Counted from the stretch's first letter, positions 38,869 to 52,128 are shown. The stretch is 64,000 bases of DNA from Lytechinus pictus (GCF_037042905.1 NW_026974140.1:248001-312000), one strand, 5' to 3'. Notes: generated by a model from the letters alone, not told the origin. Numbers and translations: made by a program.

Positions 38869-41173
38869 TTTCAAATTAATTATCAATGGCACCCTGCTAC
38901 TCATTTTCGGTTGTATCTGTAAAAACATTATCTGCAGCAACCAATTCAGCTTCATCATTGGCAGCGGCAGCTGGAACTCCAGCCTTAAAGGCGTCAGGTT
39001 TCTGCAAATCAGAGCAAATATTTATTCATAAATTGAGGTTCATTTCAACTATACCACAATAAACTAGGGGGGTATGGTAATCCACCTTCCTAAAAACAAC
39101 GCCTATACAAGTTCATTTGGTGACAAACTTGCATAATGAAAAATAAAAATCAAAATTGTATCTGCAATGATATACACACATAGTATTGCCTGTCCGAAAT
39201 GTTAAGTCTGGAGACCGGTGAGGTGAATCCGGCCACCCCCATCAACAAGAGCAAAATTTGACTAATAGTCTGCTTCATAATTTGGGCTTGATATTGGGTC
39301 CATCCCTTTGAAACGGCACATACACCGTAACAAAAAAAATACACATTTTTTAGAACCGTAATCCTAAGGGGGAGGGGGCACAATGGACTTGTGTGATTAA
39401 AAAAAGCCCAATGAGATTAGGGTTCATGCCCAAGCAAAAATTGGTGAAAAAAGTGATCTGGTATTATCTTCCAACAAATGTTTTGTATTCTGATAAAAAT
39501 ACACATAGTAAAACAATTTACCTTCCATTTCCTCCTTCCCGTAATAGGGTTTGATTGAGAAATTCCCATATGACTTATTCAATATTCGTCTCTTTGGAAC
39601 CCTGGTGGGTCTTCACGCAGGCTCCTGAAAGACAGAAGTGCCGACCCCATTGATCATTATATTGACATTTTTTGACGACAAATAGACAATACAGATTACA
39701 AATCTTAACCCTAACACTGACCAGGCTATTTAGGAAGATCATATGGCTGGGGGGGGGGGGGGGGCTCACAGGGCCCCCATAGATCTTGGCGCCAAAAATC
39801 GACATGCATTTCGCCCACGATGCTATCTACAAAGATGCATAACGGTAGTCAAATTTCTAAAATTAGCTAATTTCATTAATTATGCTAATTTATGCATAAA
39901 ATCAGATTATTGGCTATAAATCATTGAATATAACTGCAAATTTCTTAATTATTTGTAATTATATTAACAAATGAACTGCAAACAAAAATCGGTATTTGTT
40001 TATTGTAACTCAAGTAGGAACTCGACAGGACAACGTTTTGTTGGTAAATACCAAGCTGGTATACAACCAATTACCTAGGAAATATTTTACGTCAAGGTTA
40101 ATTAGTCATAATGGTTGACCTTATTAGACGACTGTTAAGGTCTTAAAAGCGACTCGGGCTTAACGTGTAACTCGCCGGGTAAGTTCGCGAAAAAGTGTTC
40201 TATTGCAAATATAATGTACGCGCGCGCACTAAATGGGGAGTTTGTGCTAGAAAATCAATTCAGTACCGTACACGGTACCATCAATTTTCCATAAAATACG
40301 TGAGTATTATTGAAAGAATCGTACTATATCAGTTATGTAATGTTAGGGAGTAATTACCGTATATAACTGCGGGCGTGAATTTATACAAGCTAATGCACTT
40401 CATTCGATATTTGTATGTAATAACATCGCCAACAAATATTGCGGTGATTGCTTCGAATACTCTTGCCTTGGCTGCTCTATCTGTCTCTAGCGGTGTGACG
40501 CTGACAGTGCATGCGGAGAGTTCCGGCGAATGACTAACCTGAATTTCGTTTAGGTTTATACGGTTTCCAAATAGGCGGAACGGGTCATATCGCCATGGAT
40601 TAACTGTGTTACGGTGTTTGGGTTGCAAGTTCTATCCTCGACATTGTTTAATACATGCATGCTGACTGTCAAGTTGACTCACTTCTGTTATTCGAGAATA
40701 GATCTTGTTGTAGCAGTGTAATTAATTGACTGTCTGTGTACCTCTGGCTCTAGACCAAAAGTTTTGGTCTCAGTAACTTATATTGGTTGTTCCGCTGAAC
40801 TATGTTGTGGCTCCACTCACCAAATACAGAGACCGAAGTTCTAATTCAATCTGTACATGGACTCAATGGCCATATGTTTATTTATTAAGTTGAATAAACC
40901 AGGGAAGTGGGAGTTGCATGACAGCCGAAGAAACAGCCGAAGTCACTGTTTTTCCCTCTTAATTTTTTAAAGGTTGTTTTTTTATCCTTTATTGATGGGG
41001 CAAAACCAGTGATGGGGCTGGGATAATTAAGCTGGATTTGCTGGCTTACCTTCAGCTTAACAATATGGGTTTGGAGCTCATGAACCTACCAATTTCCATA
41101 CTTAAATGTGGAATCTTTTACTAGATTCTGGAACAATTATGGTTGACCTGAGGGAGGGGGGCAGTGGTTGATA

Positions 41174-41398
41174 CACAGCAAAAACTGTGGTGTTAACCGG
41201 TGTACATAGAGGAACACACCAGTCATTTTACACCGGTGTTAAATTGACAGTGTTAAGTGTTATTACAACACTTTTGGTTGTTACACTTACACTAGCTGGT
41301 GTTACATTCAATCTCTAGTGTGTAATTTTAGCACTTCAGTGTGTGGTCCTCTATAGACACCTACGTGTGTCAGGTTGAACACCACAGTTTTTACAGTG
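41174..41398. mobile_element. CACTA/EnSpm-type MITE
   Basis: ta|cacagcaaaaactgtggtgtt ... aacaccacagtttttacagtg|ta. Confidence 0.7.
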
Positions 41399-41462
41399 TA
41401 GCAAGTTGAAAATACAAAATTAATAGTGAGATGGTGCACCCGTGATACATGACAATTTCGGG

Positions 41463-42388
41463 TTTTTATGCCCCCGCAGACGAAGTCCGTAGGGGGCATT
41501 AAGCGTTGCCCTTGTCCGTCCATCTGTCCGTCCCCCCACTTGGTTTCCAAGCAATAACTCAAAAAATATTTAATGGATTTCAAAACTGTTTGGTGTGTAG
41601 GTAGATGACACTAAAATACAGGCTAAGTTCGAATTCGGAGTCTGCAGGTCAAAGGTCGCAGCTCATTAAATATGCAAGTTGGTTTCTAGCTCATTAAATA
41701 TGCAAGTTGGAGTCTGCATGTAGGTCAAAGGTCACATCTCATTAAATATGCGAGTTGGTTTCTGCGCAAAAACTCGAAAATATTTAATGGATTACATTTT
41801 TTGGGTATGTAGGTAGATGACACCAAAAAAAAAGGCAAAGTTTGAATTCGGAGACCGCTGTTCAAAGGTCACATCTCATCAAATATACAAATTTGTTTCA
41901 TCATAACTTTGAAAGTTTTTTGATCTGACTCATGAAACTTGGACATAAGAGTAATCTGGGGGGCATTTTATGAAAGGACTTGTCGAACGTTTTATCCGAC
42001 AAGTCCCATTTTATCCGACAGTTACCATAGGAACAGTGCCTCTCTGCCAATCACAATCATGGAAAGATGTCAGGTCTGACAAATTGTCCGATGAAAATAT
42101 TGATGAAACGCTCCCCAGGTATCACTGAACATCCTGTGCAAGTTTTAGGTCACATGTTCAAGGTCAAAGGTCATGTAAGGTCAATGAACTTTGGCCATGT
42201 TGGGGGTATTTGTTGAATTACCATCATATCTCTGTAAGTGTATTGGTCTAGTTCATAAAACGTGGACGTAAGAGTAACCAAGTATCACTGAACATCTTGT
42301 GCGAGTTATAGTAGTTTTCAAAGTCAGCACTGCTGCTATATTGAATCGCGTGATGCAGGTAAGACTGCCAGAGGCATTTCACTTGTTA
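41463..42388 (+). mobile_element. Helentron-associated (HINE/DINE-1-like) element(s)
   Basis: Starts tttttatgcccccg..agggggcat hairpin, then a gtccgtcc microsatellite and internal aggtcaaaggtca repeats. Ends ..gaggcatttcacttgtt. Confidence 0.6.
41959..42115. mobile_element. Harbinger-type MITE nested in the HINE
   Basis: ctg|gggggcattttatgaaa ... tgatgaaacgctccc|cag. An uninterrupted homologous site agagtaaccaagtatcactg is visible at ~42271. Confidence 0.6.
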
Positions 42389-43114
42389 CTCTAATCTCGA
42401 TATGCTCTCCAAATCATAAAGCAATGTAAGTATTTTTATAACACTTTTCATTTGCTTTCATCCAACATGCAGATTTAAGTTATCGGAACAAGGCATTATG
42501 ACTGGAACATGAAGGCAAGCAATGCAGAGGAAGAAAAATGATATTTTATGGTGAACTATGCGGACATCCCAATACTTTTTCAGATGCCCCCAGTTAAGTC
42601 AACAATGGAACTTTCCAAGAAGAGGGAAGAGGACCTATGGAAAGATATCCGCCCATTTTTAGATGAGGAAAAGGTAGATCCTCCCAGCATGATCTGACCA
42701 ATGTGGTGATGTATTTTAAGGCAAGCGCACACCTTACGACCCGATCCAGCGTCACAGCTCTTGTCAGCTTGAGAGTCGCAGACCGGTCAGAGACAAGTCG
42801 CAAGGAAACCGTAAGGATTTGACATGTCAAATTCTTATGACTGAACGGCAGGCTCAATCCAACTTCCAACCAATCAGACAGCAGAGTTGCACGACGCGTA
42901 TATAATATACAACATGCATACGCTGTACGTAGTAAGCGCTATTTTCTCAGTTGCTATGGCAAAAAGCGCAGCATGCGTGAGTCAAAGACAGCATAGCATG
43001 AAAGTCGGATCGCAAGGTGTGCGGTGTCGAGGCTTATGACTACCATGCGATTTAAGCTTTGACACTGCACACCTTGCGATCCGACTACCATGCTGTCTGC
43101 TACTCACGCATGCA

Positions 43115-44960
43115 ATATAAGGCCAGGGGGTGTTTCACAAAGATTTAAGTATGACTTAGAGTCGCACTTAAATTCCTCATTACGTGCGATTTAAAAGGCA
43201 TGACCGCATTGGTCAGGTCATGAGTAGAGGCAGCGCACTACTGCCTATTTGCGTTGGCATTTAAGTGCTACCTAAGTCATACTTAAATCGTTGTGAAACA
43301 CCACCCTGGTTACATTGTAAAGCCAGGTTACACTATACGTTGTTTCAATTTTAAGCCAAGTTACTATTTAATGTTGGGTTACATTACAAGGCAAGACTAC
43401 ATTATCAGGCCATGTTACACTTTTAGTCAGGTTACACTATAAGGTCAGTGGTGTTTCGCAAAGATTTTAATATGACTCTTACATGATATGCAACATGAAT
43501 CTTTTTATCATACCGTACGCAGTAGTGCGAGTCCTCTCAGCATGATCTGACCAATGCGGTGATGTCTATTATACTGCACGCAAGTAGGCCTAGATAACAC
43601 TTATAGATCATGATACATTATAAAGCCAGGTTACAATCTAAAGCCTGGTTATGCTTTAAAGAAGGTAACTCTTTAAAGCAGGTTAAATTATTAGGCCAGG
43701 TAACACAATAATCACATGAATCACACTTAAAAGGTCTATGGAAGCCACATGACTTTTCAATTGCAGGTTACATTATAAGGCAAGGTTACACAATAAGCAC
43801 AGGTATCACACTATCAGGCAACTCAGCCTAGATTACAATAAAAGATCAGGATACATTTTAAAGCCAGGTTTAAAGCAAGGTTACTGTTTTAAGAAGTTAA
43901 CTCTTTGCAGGTTAAACTATAAGGCTAGGTTACACAATAAGCACATGTATCACACTTTAAAGCCTATCAAAGCCAGATTACTTTTTAATTCCAGGTTACA
44001 TTATATAGGCCAGGGGGTGTTTCACAAATATTTAATTATGACTTAGAGTCGCACTTAAATGTCTAGTTTTGCGCGGTGTAAAAGCCATGACCGCATTGCG
44101 CATTGGTCAGATCATGCAAAGAGGACGCGCACTATTGCGTATTGATGAATTAGATTGCGCGTTGCATTTCAGATACGCATCGGCATTTAAGTGCGATTTA
44201 AGTCATACTAAAATATTTGTTAAACACCCCCCAGGTTACGTTGACCATGTTTCAGTTTTAACCTAGTTACTCTTTAATGTTGGGTTACATTACAAGGCAA
44301 GACTACATTATCAGGCCATGTTACACTTTTAGTCAGGTTACGCTCTAAGGTCAGGGGTGTTTCACAAATATTTTAATATGACTCTTACATGACATGCAAC
44401 GTGAATCTTTTTTATCAATACTGTACGCAGTAGTGCGAGTCCTCTCAGCATGATCTGACCAATGCGGTGATGTCTTTTATACTGCACACAAATAGGCCCA
44501 GATTACACTTATAGATCAGGATACATTCTAAAGCCAGGTTACACTCTAAAGCCTGGTTATGCTTTAAAGAAGGTAACTCTTTAAAGCAGGTTAAATTATT
44601 AGGCCAGGTTACACAATAATCACATGAATCACACTGAAAAGGTCTATGGAAGCCACATGAGTTTTTAATTGCAGGTTACATTATAAGGCAAGGTTACACA
44701 ATAAGCACAGGTATCACACTATCAGGCAACTAGGCCCAGATTACACTTAAAGATCAGGATATGTTTTAAGCCAGGTTTAAATCAAGGTTATTGTTTTAAG
44801 AAGTTAACACTTTGCAGGTTAAACTATAAGGCCAGGTTACACAATAAGCACGGGTTTCAAACTTTAAAGTCTATTAACAAAGCTAGATTACTTTTTAATT
44901 TCAGGTTAATTTGTAAGGCCCGGTTACACTATAAGTTGTTTCAATTTTAAGCCAAGTTAT
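43115..44960. repeat. Degenerate ~20-bp aaggccaggttacact array duplicated as a ~900-bp tandem, with Harbinger-type MITEs inserted
   Basis: taatgttgggttacattacaaggcaagactac occurs at ~43369 and ~44275. MITEs ggggtgtttcacaaa..ttgtgaaacacc at ~43127-43306 and ~44014-44231. Confidence 0.8.
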
Positions 44961-45399
44961 TATTTAATACCTAAAAAGCCATTTGTGACTTTGAGGATTT
45001 TTTCACTCTTATTTTTTGGGGGATTTTTTTTTACAAAAACATCACGCTGATCATTTTATGACATGAATGCAAGGAAGAATAAAACCTGCAAAATAAACAT
45101 TTCTAATTATATGCATTCTAATTTTATATGAATTAAACAAGGATCAATAGACCGGTTTACTAACATATTCAAATTTTATGCATACCAGTTTAACAAAGGT
45201 TGCTTCTAACAACCGGAAAGCTTGCCTGATATTTGCCGAAAATAGCAACAACAAATGTATGCAAAGTCGATTCCGAGTATTGAAATACCATTAATAGGTA
45301 CAGGTTAATCGAATAACTCGTTACTAGGCCCCGATGGAAGAAACATCCATAAATTTGACTATATTAGTAAACCGGTCTATTCCAGGGCGTCACTGGTAC

Positions 45400-46591
45400 C
45401 AGTGGCGTAACTACGGGGGGGGGGGGGGTGGGGGGCCATGGGGGGCACGTGCCCCCCCCCCCAATCGGCTGGCAAAAAAAAAACCAAACAAACAAACGGG
45501 GAAAAGGAGAAAAAAAAAGGGAAAAAGGAAGAGAAACGTAGTGGAGAAAGAAGAAATAGTTTTTAATTATAGTGTTATATTATATTATGTTATATAACAT
45601 AAGAAGCATTTTTTTCATAACTTTATGAAACATGATTTGCTTAATTGTGTCTTCATTGTTCCTGGTGCTTGCATAGACTGTTTAACGTGATATATAAACC
45701 TGCTGTACTAAAGCCTCCCTTTTTCAAATCAATATACAACAAAATTATATATTTTCTCGCAATTAGAGTTATTGTTTTAAGTAGTAACATATTCTTCTTT
45801 TTCATGATTACTGAAAGTGATTACCCTATTTTAAGGTCTTAATATAAAACATTTCCTGTCCGTGCTAACGTTCACATCAGTGGATTGGTGAGATTTCTGC
45901 TCTTCATGAACTCATAAAATCAGTCCTTAAAATGTCAATTCTTCTGATCTGAATATCAAACAATTTTAGCTCGCGCTTCACGCTTGCATCATTTGGTTAT
46001 TGAAATACGTAGGGTCTTAGTGAATTCCTACAAACAAGCCTTAGAATGCCCCTCTTCAGGTCTGAATTTCCTAGATTTTCAGCTCGCGCTTCGTGCTCGC
46101 AGTATTCGATTAGTGAGATGCGTATGATAATCATGTTTACAATGACTTCAAAAAGTGCTTCATGTGTTTAGATGTACTTCTAACCAAATCAGCAAAGGAT
46201 AGCACTAGCATTAGATGACTATGGTGAGATATTTATACTGTTAATGGATTCTAAAATATAATCTTTAAAATTTCCTTGTTTAGGGTCAAATATACAAAAA
46301 ATTAAGCTCGCGCTTCGCGCTCGCATTTTTTTTGTTTAGCGAGACAATAAGTATCATGATTACCAAAAAATATGCTTATAATGTCCTCTGAATATAAAAA
46401 TTGTCAGCTCGCGCTTCGCGCTCGCATTATTTAATTAGTGAGATACATATCCGCTTAATGGCACTGCATGTCCTTAAAATATCTCTAATAGGTCAGTATA
46501 CCTGACAACTGAGCGCGCTTTGCGCGCTCCCTAAGTGACCCGAAATTTTTGCTGGTGCCCCCCCAATGCCGTGACCCACGGTACGCCACTG
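45400..46591. mobile_element. hAT-type MITE
   Basis: TIRs cagtggcgta / tacgccactg and a perfect 8-bp TSD actggtac (45392-45399, 46592-46599). Internal gctcgcgcttcgcgctcgc motifs. Confidence 0.9.
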
Positions 46592-47619
46592 ACTGGTACC
46601 TATCTCCTGTTGGTGGCGAGCTGCTCATTGTTGGAAAGTGAACATTGCGCGTTGGATCTCAAATCAAAAGTTTTTTATTAGAATATCTCTTTTACAGTTT
46701 TATTGATCAAATTTGTATATATCCAATATATAGTATTTCTCTGGTAATTATGGAGTCAGAAGACATAAAACTGTTATTATTTTGGCTATATAGATCCATA
46801 TTTTTTTGGATATTCATGTTTGTGCAATCATCAATTTCAGGCTTCTGAATGTATCAGGATTGGGTTCTGGCTTAGTGGTCGAGGATTTGGCTTTGCGTCC
46901 CACCCCCACCCACAAACAACAATATATAGTTGACTTGCCATATTATTGTATTTTAATAACTCGGGTATATGATTTTTTTTTTGTATTCTAAGAATTTTAT
47001 GTCGTATATATAATGCTTTTGTCTAGTTTTGTTTTTAGGAGTTTCACAGAGTATTCATTTGCTTTATACTTTGCTTTATTTTGCTGCTTTGTTCTCCTTA
47101 ACAAGATATATATAGCATCATTTTGCTAGTACGTTTGTTTCTTTTGATTGCTCTTTCTTTTATGTACATATATTTTATAGAAACAGGCCCACTCCACCTC
47201 AAGTAAAATGTTGTCTTGTACACATCGGGGTGTGGCCTTCTAATCTAAATTGTTTGGTCTTCCTTATGGTATGAGATATATGTAGTTTAATTTAAACTAT
47301 TATTTGAATAGTTTTGTGGAGTAGAGTATCTGTTACCCATACAGATAACATGACTTTTGTCTTTCTTAATCTAAGAGTTTTATGAAGGATATTGACGACT
47401 AGATTTGCTTCACATCTGAGTGTATTTTGTTGATTTTTTCTTCAATAAAGTTACATCAGCACTTTATATGCACATGTGTTTCTTGAGTGCTTTATGTACT
47501 GTATCTTAAGCTTATTATAATGACTTACATTCATTCATTTTATAATGTTTAAGCCTGGTGATGCTTCAGTTTTAATACTTGATGTATGTCAAATTCATAG
47601 ATGCCTTAAAATTAATGTT

Positions 47620-47855
47620 GGGATGTTGCAAGAAAATATTTGCGATCAATTGCAAATTTATGATGCAAATTTACAAGTAATAGATCAATTTAAACTCAAG
47701 CAAATCAATTTATACTTGTTGATGCAAAATGCAGGCCATCAGTAAGTTGCAAATTTGCAATGAAATGCATGAATTTCAATTGATTTTGGGACATGAAGTT
47801 GACTTGCGATCAATTGCAAGTTTCTTGCAACACCCCATTATGGGGTGTTGCAAGA
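47620..47855. mobile_element. Harbinger-type MITE plus the start of a second copy, producing a 33-bp palindrome
   Basis: gggatgttgcaagaaa ... tttcttgcaacacccc, followed immediately by attat ggggtgttgcaaga. Confidence 0.55.
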
Positions 47856-48609
47856 TTTATAAATTGATTATATAAATAAATTGAATATATGAATAATGTG
47901 TGTGAGCACCAGCACTGGTATGAGGCAAGTAAAAGTATTGTGGAAATATGAAAAGATGTGACGAATATGAGAAAAGATGAGCATGAGAAGACTGAGAAAC
48001 ATCTAAAATTATCTTTGAACCAGGACTTCGATTTAGCTTATTTATAGAGAAATGCTATGCACTGAGGCCAAAAATCAAAATAAATTAAGAAAATGATATC
48101 TTTGCAGATCTTGCTTTTCTTCTTTTACAAATAAACAATTTTTACCAAAGAGTTTACCTTATGAAGGGATGGTCCCATTTGGAGATATTTACATATCAAT
48201 ACATAGAGTAAAATTCACAAAGCAAAATGGCGTCCCTTGGTTGACGGTGACCTGAATAATTTCAGTGATTTTTCTTTATTGGCTTATGAATAAATAAATT
48301 ATGAATAAACACCAAAACCAAATTCTCCCAATCAATTTCAGACCGAATCAGAGTCAAATCGGTCTGGAATAAGTCCCGAATCAGAGCATTATTGACTTCC
48401 CAAAATAATTGTCCAAATGCCTCCCCAAATTCAATCGAATTCCATCCCAATACATCCCGAATGTGGCTCGAATAAATTTTGTCGTGGCCACAGTTGCCAA
48501 ATTGTTCACATTATAGATGTATTTATAGACTTTCTAGTTGATTATTCCTACTTGATCACATTTTGTTGTAAATAACTATTGTATCTGTGGTTTCAAATGG
48601 ACCATTCCA

Positions 48610-51347
48610 GCTAAATATCTGTGTACTTATTTTTTCTGCTCTACGTCAAGGAAGGAGAAATGCATGTCTTACGCTACCAGTCCGCCTGTAGCACCGTATT
48701 CTCATTTCACATTACTGCAAGTAAACAAAAAGAAGAGGAAAATTCTAATTGATTTATCAATTCAAAAGACACCATTTACCACTTTTCCTTATTTCATTCA
48801 ATTCGTTAAGCGGAGATTTCTAAGAGTTTATTCAACAAAGGGACTCTTAAAATATTTCATTATATCCTTATCTGGGTTTGTCAATGACAAGATCTTTCGT
48901 TTATATAGTTCTCGGTAATATATGGATGCATATTGCTTTACCTCAAAATGGTCAAAAACTTGTTCAAAATCTTCCCAAACAGTGAAGAAAATAATGAAAT
49001 ATACCAGGCCAAATAGATGTGGGCAGTTCATGATTCCCTCATTGAGTATTATTTTTGTACACTGTAAAAATATTTGGTAAAATTTTTACCATCACGAGGT
49101 TAATTACGTGTCCAACCTATTTGGGGCAGTATTTTACCCAATGCGGGAAGCATATTGTCCAGTAAGGTTAATAAGCAGACTTTTCTTTTAAAGGGCAAAG
49201 TTTTCATCATTTAAGATAAACAAAAATGACAAAAAGAAATGCCCAATCTTGGTTGGACACATAGTTACCCTCATGGAACACTTTTAGTCTTTTACCCAAT
49301 ATTTTTTAGAGTGAATTTTGTTTTATCAGCCATAGTTCTTTGCCCTTGCGGATAAATAACAGAGAGGGACATGATGACGAAATTAAAAATTACCTAAGAG
49401 GTCCTCTATATCGCAGGGAAAAAAATAACCCGATGCTGCATACGTTTTCATTTTATTTTATTTACCAAAAAAAAACAAATATGCAACATTCGAATAATTT
49501 TTAATATGGATATGCCTGGTGGAATAACGATTGCTTATTCCATTAAACATATAAAACGGATCGATACTTAACCGAATTCCGGCAACTGTCGAATTCATAA
49601 GAAAGGAAAGTATAAAAATGTTAAAAGTTGAATGTTGGCCATGATGTCAGATATTCTAAGCCTTTACTTTCCAATAGATAATAACAGCAGCAACAATAAT
49701 GATAATTCTTATTTACCCAGGGAACCCACTTCAGCTCTTATGAACTGTTCATCCAGTGTGTACTGCATAACTTAATTATCCTCCTTCGTTCTAATACGTC
49801 CAGCCCCTGATGAAGGCATAAGGTGCAGCTCGTTATCCCAAGGATTCGTTATTCCAAAACACGTAGATACCAAATACCTCGATATTTGTTTGTCCCAAAA
49901 TTTTAAAGGTTTCGTTAACCCAAACATTTGTGGCGTTATTTCGAAGGTATACGCAATTTCGAAAGTCCGTTAATCCGGAAATAAACAAAAGTTTGTTTGT
50001 TTACATTTTTGGACAAACGAACCTTTGGAATAAAAACCTTTTTGGAAGAACTTCATTCGAAATAACGCCACAAATTTACCCACATTTAGGGTTTTAAGAT
50101 GAAAACAAAAGACGGGAAGTAAAGTTCAGCGAAAGGTTCAACTCTCACTCAACCATTCCCTAAAATCCCCAAACAGAAATGTGGACACGAGAGATAGATA
50201 GAGGGAAATCAAAGTATAAACCTGAAAATGTCATCAAAATCAGATGTAAATAACAAAGTATACTGACATTCTATTGTTTTTGGTTTTTTACAACAGTTAT
50301 AATTATGCAAATCTTAGTTAGGGGCTCGTCATCGACACAACGATACGTTTGTGTTTTATAATTATGAATTAATTCAATATGTTTATCGTGATAAATTCGG
50401 TTTGATTTCACCGAACATCCTAACATTGAACATATACCATAAGCGGGGTGTCCCCATCCTACAAAAAGCCTGGATCTTGCCCCTTTTCTATCTCTTTTCT
50501 CCTCTCGTTTTCTTCCTTCACCTAACTCTTCGACCCATTTTTCTTCACATATTGTCCCCATTTCCAGTGTCCTGCTGTCTACTCCTTATGTTTCTCTACA
50601 TTTCGTTACCTCTTTTTTCATTATTTTTGTTCCTCCTGTTGATCTCCTACTTGACCACCTTTTTTATTATTTTCAGCTGTTACAAGTTATTTTCCGTCTC
50701 TTCTTTGTATTTCCCCATTCTGTCATCCCCTATCTCTCAATCACTTCTTCATACCTTTTTTTTCTCTTTCTTTATTTTCCTATTTTTTGCCCGATCATAA
50801 TATTGTTCTTTTCACCCTTCTATTGTCGTTCTTATCCCTGACCTTGTGCCTCCACATCCATGACATATTTGTTATTACATATCCTTCGTATTCAATCTTT
50901 TCGTTTATCCTCTTTTCCCCGATCCCCTTTTATGCCTTTCTAATCATTTTCAACCACCATCACCTTTATCATTTTTGTTTACGCTTTCTCTCTCGCTCGC
51001 TCATCTCAATAGCCCCTCCCCATCCAGCACTTTCTTACTCTGTCACCACTCAGAGGAAAGGGAATTCCTTTTCCTATTTCTCACATCAAAATTATTTTCG
51101 CTTGTGGGTTCAAAACTAAATTAATTTTCTGTGCAATCATACTATAAAAGCAAAACTATGAATTCTAAATAGCACAAAAAGGTAGAAAATATCGTTATAA
51201 ATGATTGTTGGGATGTTATCGTCGGATTATCAAAATATTGACGTTGTGTTGTTATAATACACGCAAATGACTATGGGATACTAGCGTGTGCAGGCGCATG
51301 GATACGTACGTGTGTCCGCTCTGAACCCATTCATGTGCATATCTATG
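48610..51347 (+). repeat. Left arm (split into ~48610-48980 and ~51165-51347) of an inverted duplication
   Basis: Reverse complement of 61731-62330, e.g. attctcatttcacattactgcaagtaaacaaaaa and aaatagcacaaaaaggta..aaatgattgttgggat. Confidence 0.85.
49060..49313. mobile_element. CACTA/EnSpm-type MITE
   Basis: cactgtaaaaatatttggtaaaa ... ttttacccaatattttttagagtg, with internal inverted gtgtccaacc/ggttggacac. Confidence 0.6.
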
Positions 51348-51981
51348 CACGAGTTTCGACGAGAAATATATACACAGAACTTAGTCACAGATTTTGGACA
51401 AAGAGGTTTTTCTCAGATTTTTCAATTCGGAAGCATGTAATTTTACTGGACAATAGTGTCATTTGGTCATCTGCAGAAGAACTCCAGAACTTTTCTAGCT
51501 CGAATCAGTTCGAAATAATGGGTAAAATACTAAACTGAAAAAAAATGTCCTAGTGTTGGATATTTTGGGGTCTGCCGTCTGAGCGAGTAGGATGCAAGTG
51601 GGCCATATATTGGCCTGCCGCACCTGAAAGGTTAAGACCAATGTGTGTTCAAAATGTCATGACAATCGGTTAAAAGCTGTGGAAGTAGCTCGAAATGCAA
51701 GATATGTCATTCGTGATTAACGCCTTCTTTTTTTCATTGAACCATTTCTAAGTTCTACGCAAATAACTTTTCACGAACTTTTTAAAGGTGACTTTGTCTT
51801 AGTGTCAGGACATTACAAATGTACAGTTTTCAATGATTTTGTCTGAGTGTAAACTTTTGTTTGACACGCAAAGTATAATAGATCTTTTCTAATATGTTTC
51901 GGGTTATTTTATATTTTGACCGGACTATATGCTATGTATTGAATTCACTTCTGAATGACTGGTATACATTTTTTTTTTCAG

Positions 51982-52128
51982 TGTTAGCCGTGCGAAACAT
52001 GACCGGAGGATTAGATGACAGCTCATTGGAATGGTATTTAAATCTCTACAAATTAACCGCAATTCCACGACTTATACGCAATAAGGTGCTAACCACAGAA
52101 GGTCAACCTCGATATGAAACAATATTTG
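51982..52128 (+). CDS. CHST15: CHST15-like next coding exon (147 nt, phase 1-1)
   Basis: Poly-T cag acceptor and g|gtaatg donor. Joined to 4733 it reads ..KKT-V-LAVRNMTGGLDDSSLEWYLNLYKLTAIPRLIRNKVLTTEGQPRYETIF-G. S.EWYL.L and the terminal I.G match the segment that precedes the (D/E)AS motif in CHST15-like enzymes. Confidence 0.75.

Noticed and set aside
42473..42600. Myb/SANT domain of the Harbinger partner gene (EQG..QCR..FYGEL)
   Set aside because: Requires several frameshifts and lies on the opposite strand from the exon at 22223.
47823..47855. 33-bp palindrome as terminator or miRNA hairpin
   Set aside because: Explained by two abutting MITE TIRs.
50351..51119. Hydrophobic membrane-protein-like ORFs
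   Set aside because: Produced by a pyrimidine-rich low-complexity tract (Phe/Leu/Ser bias).
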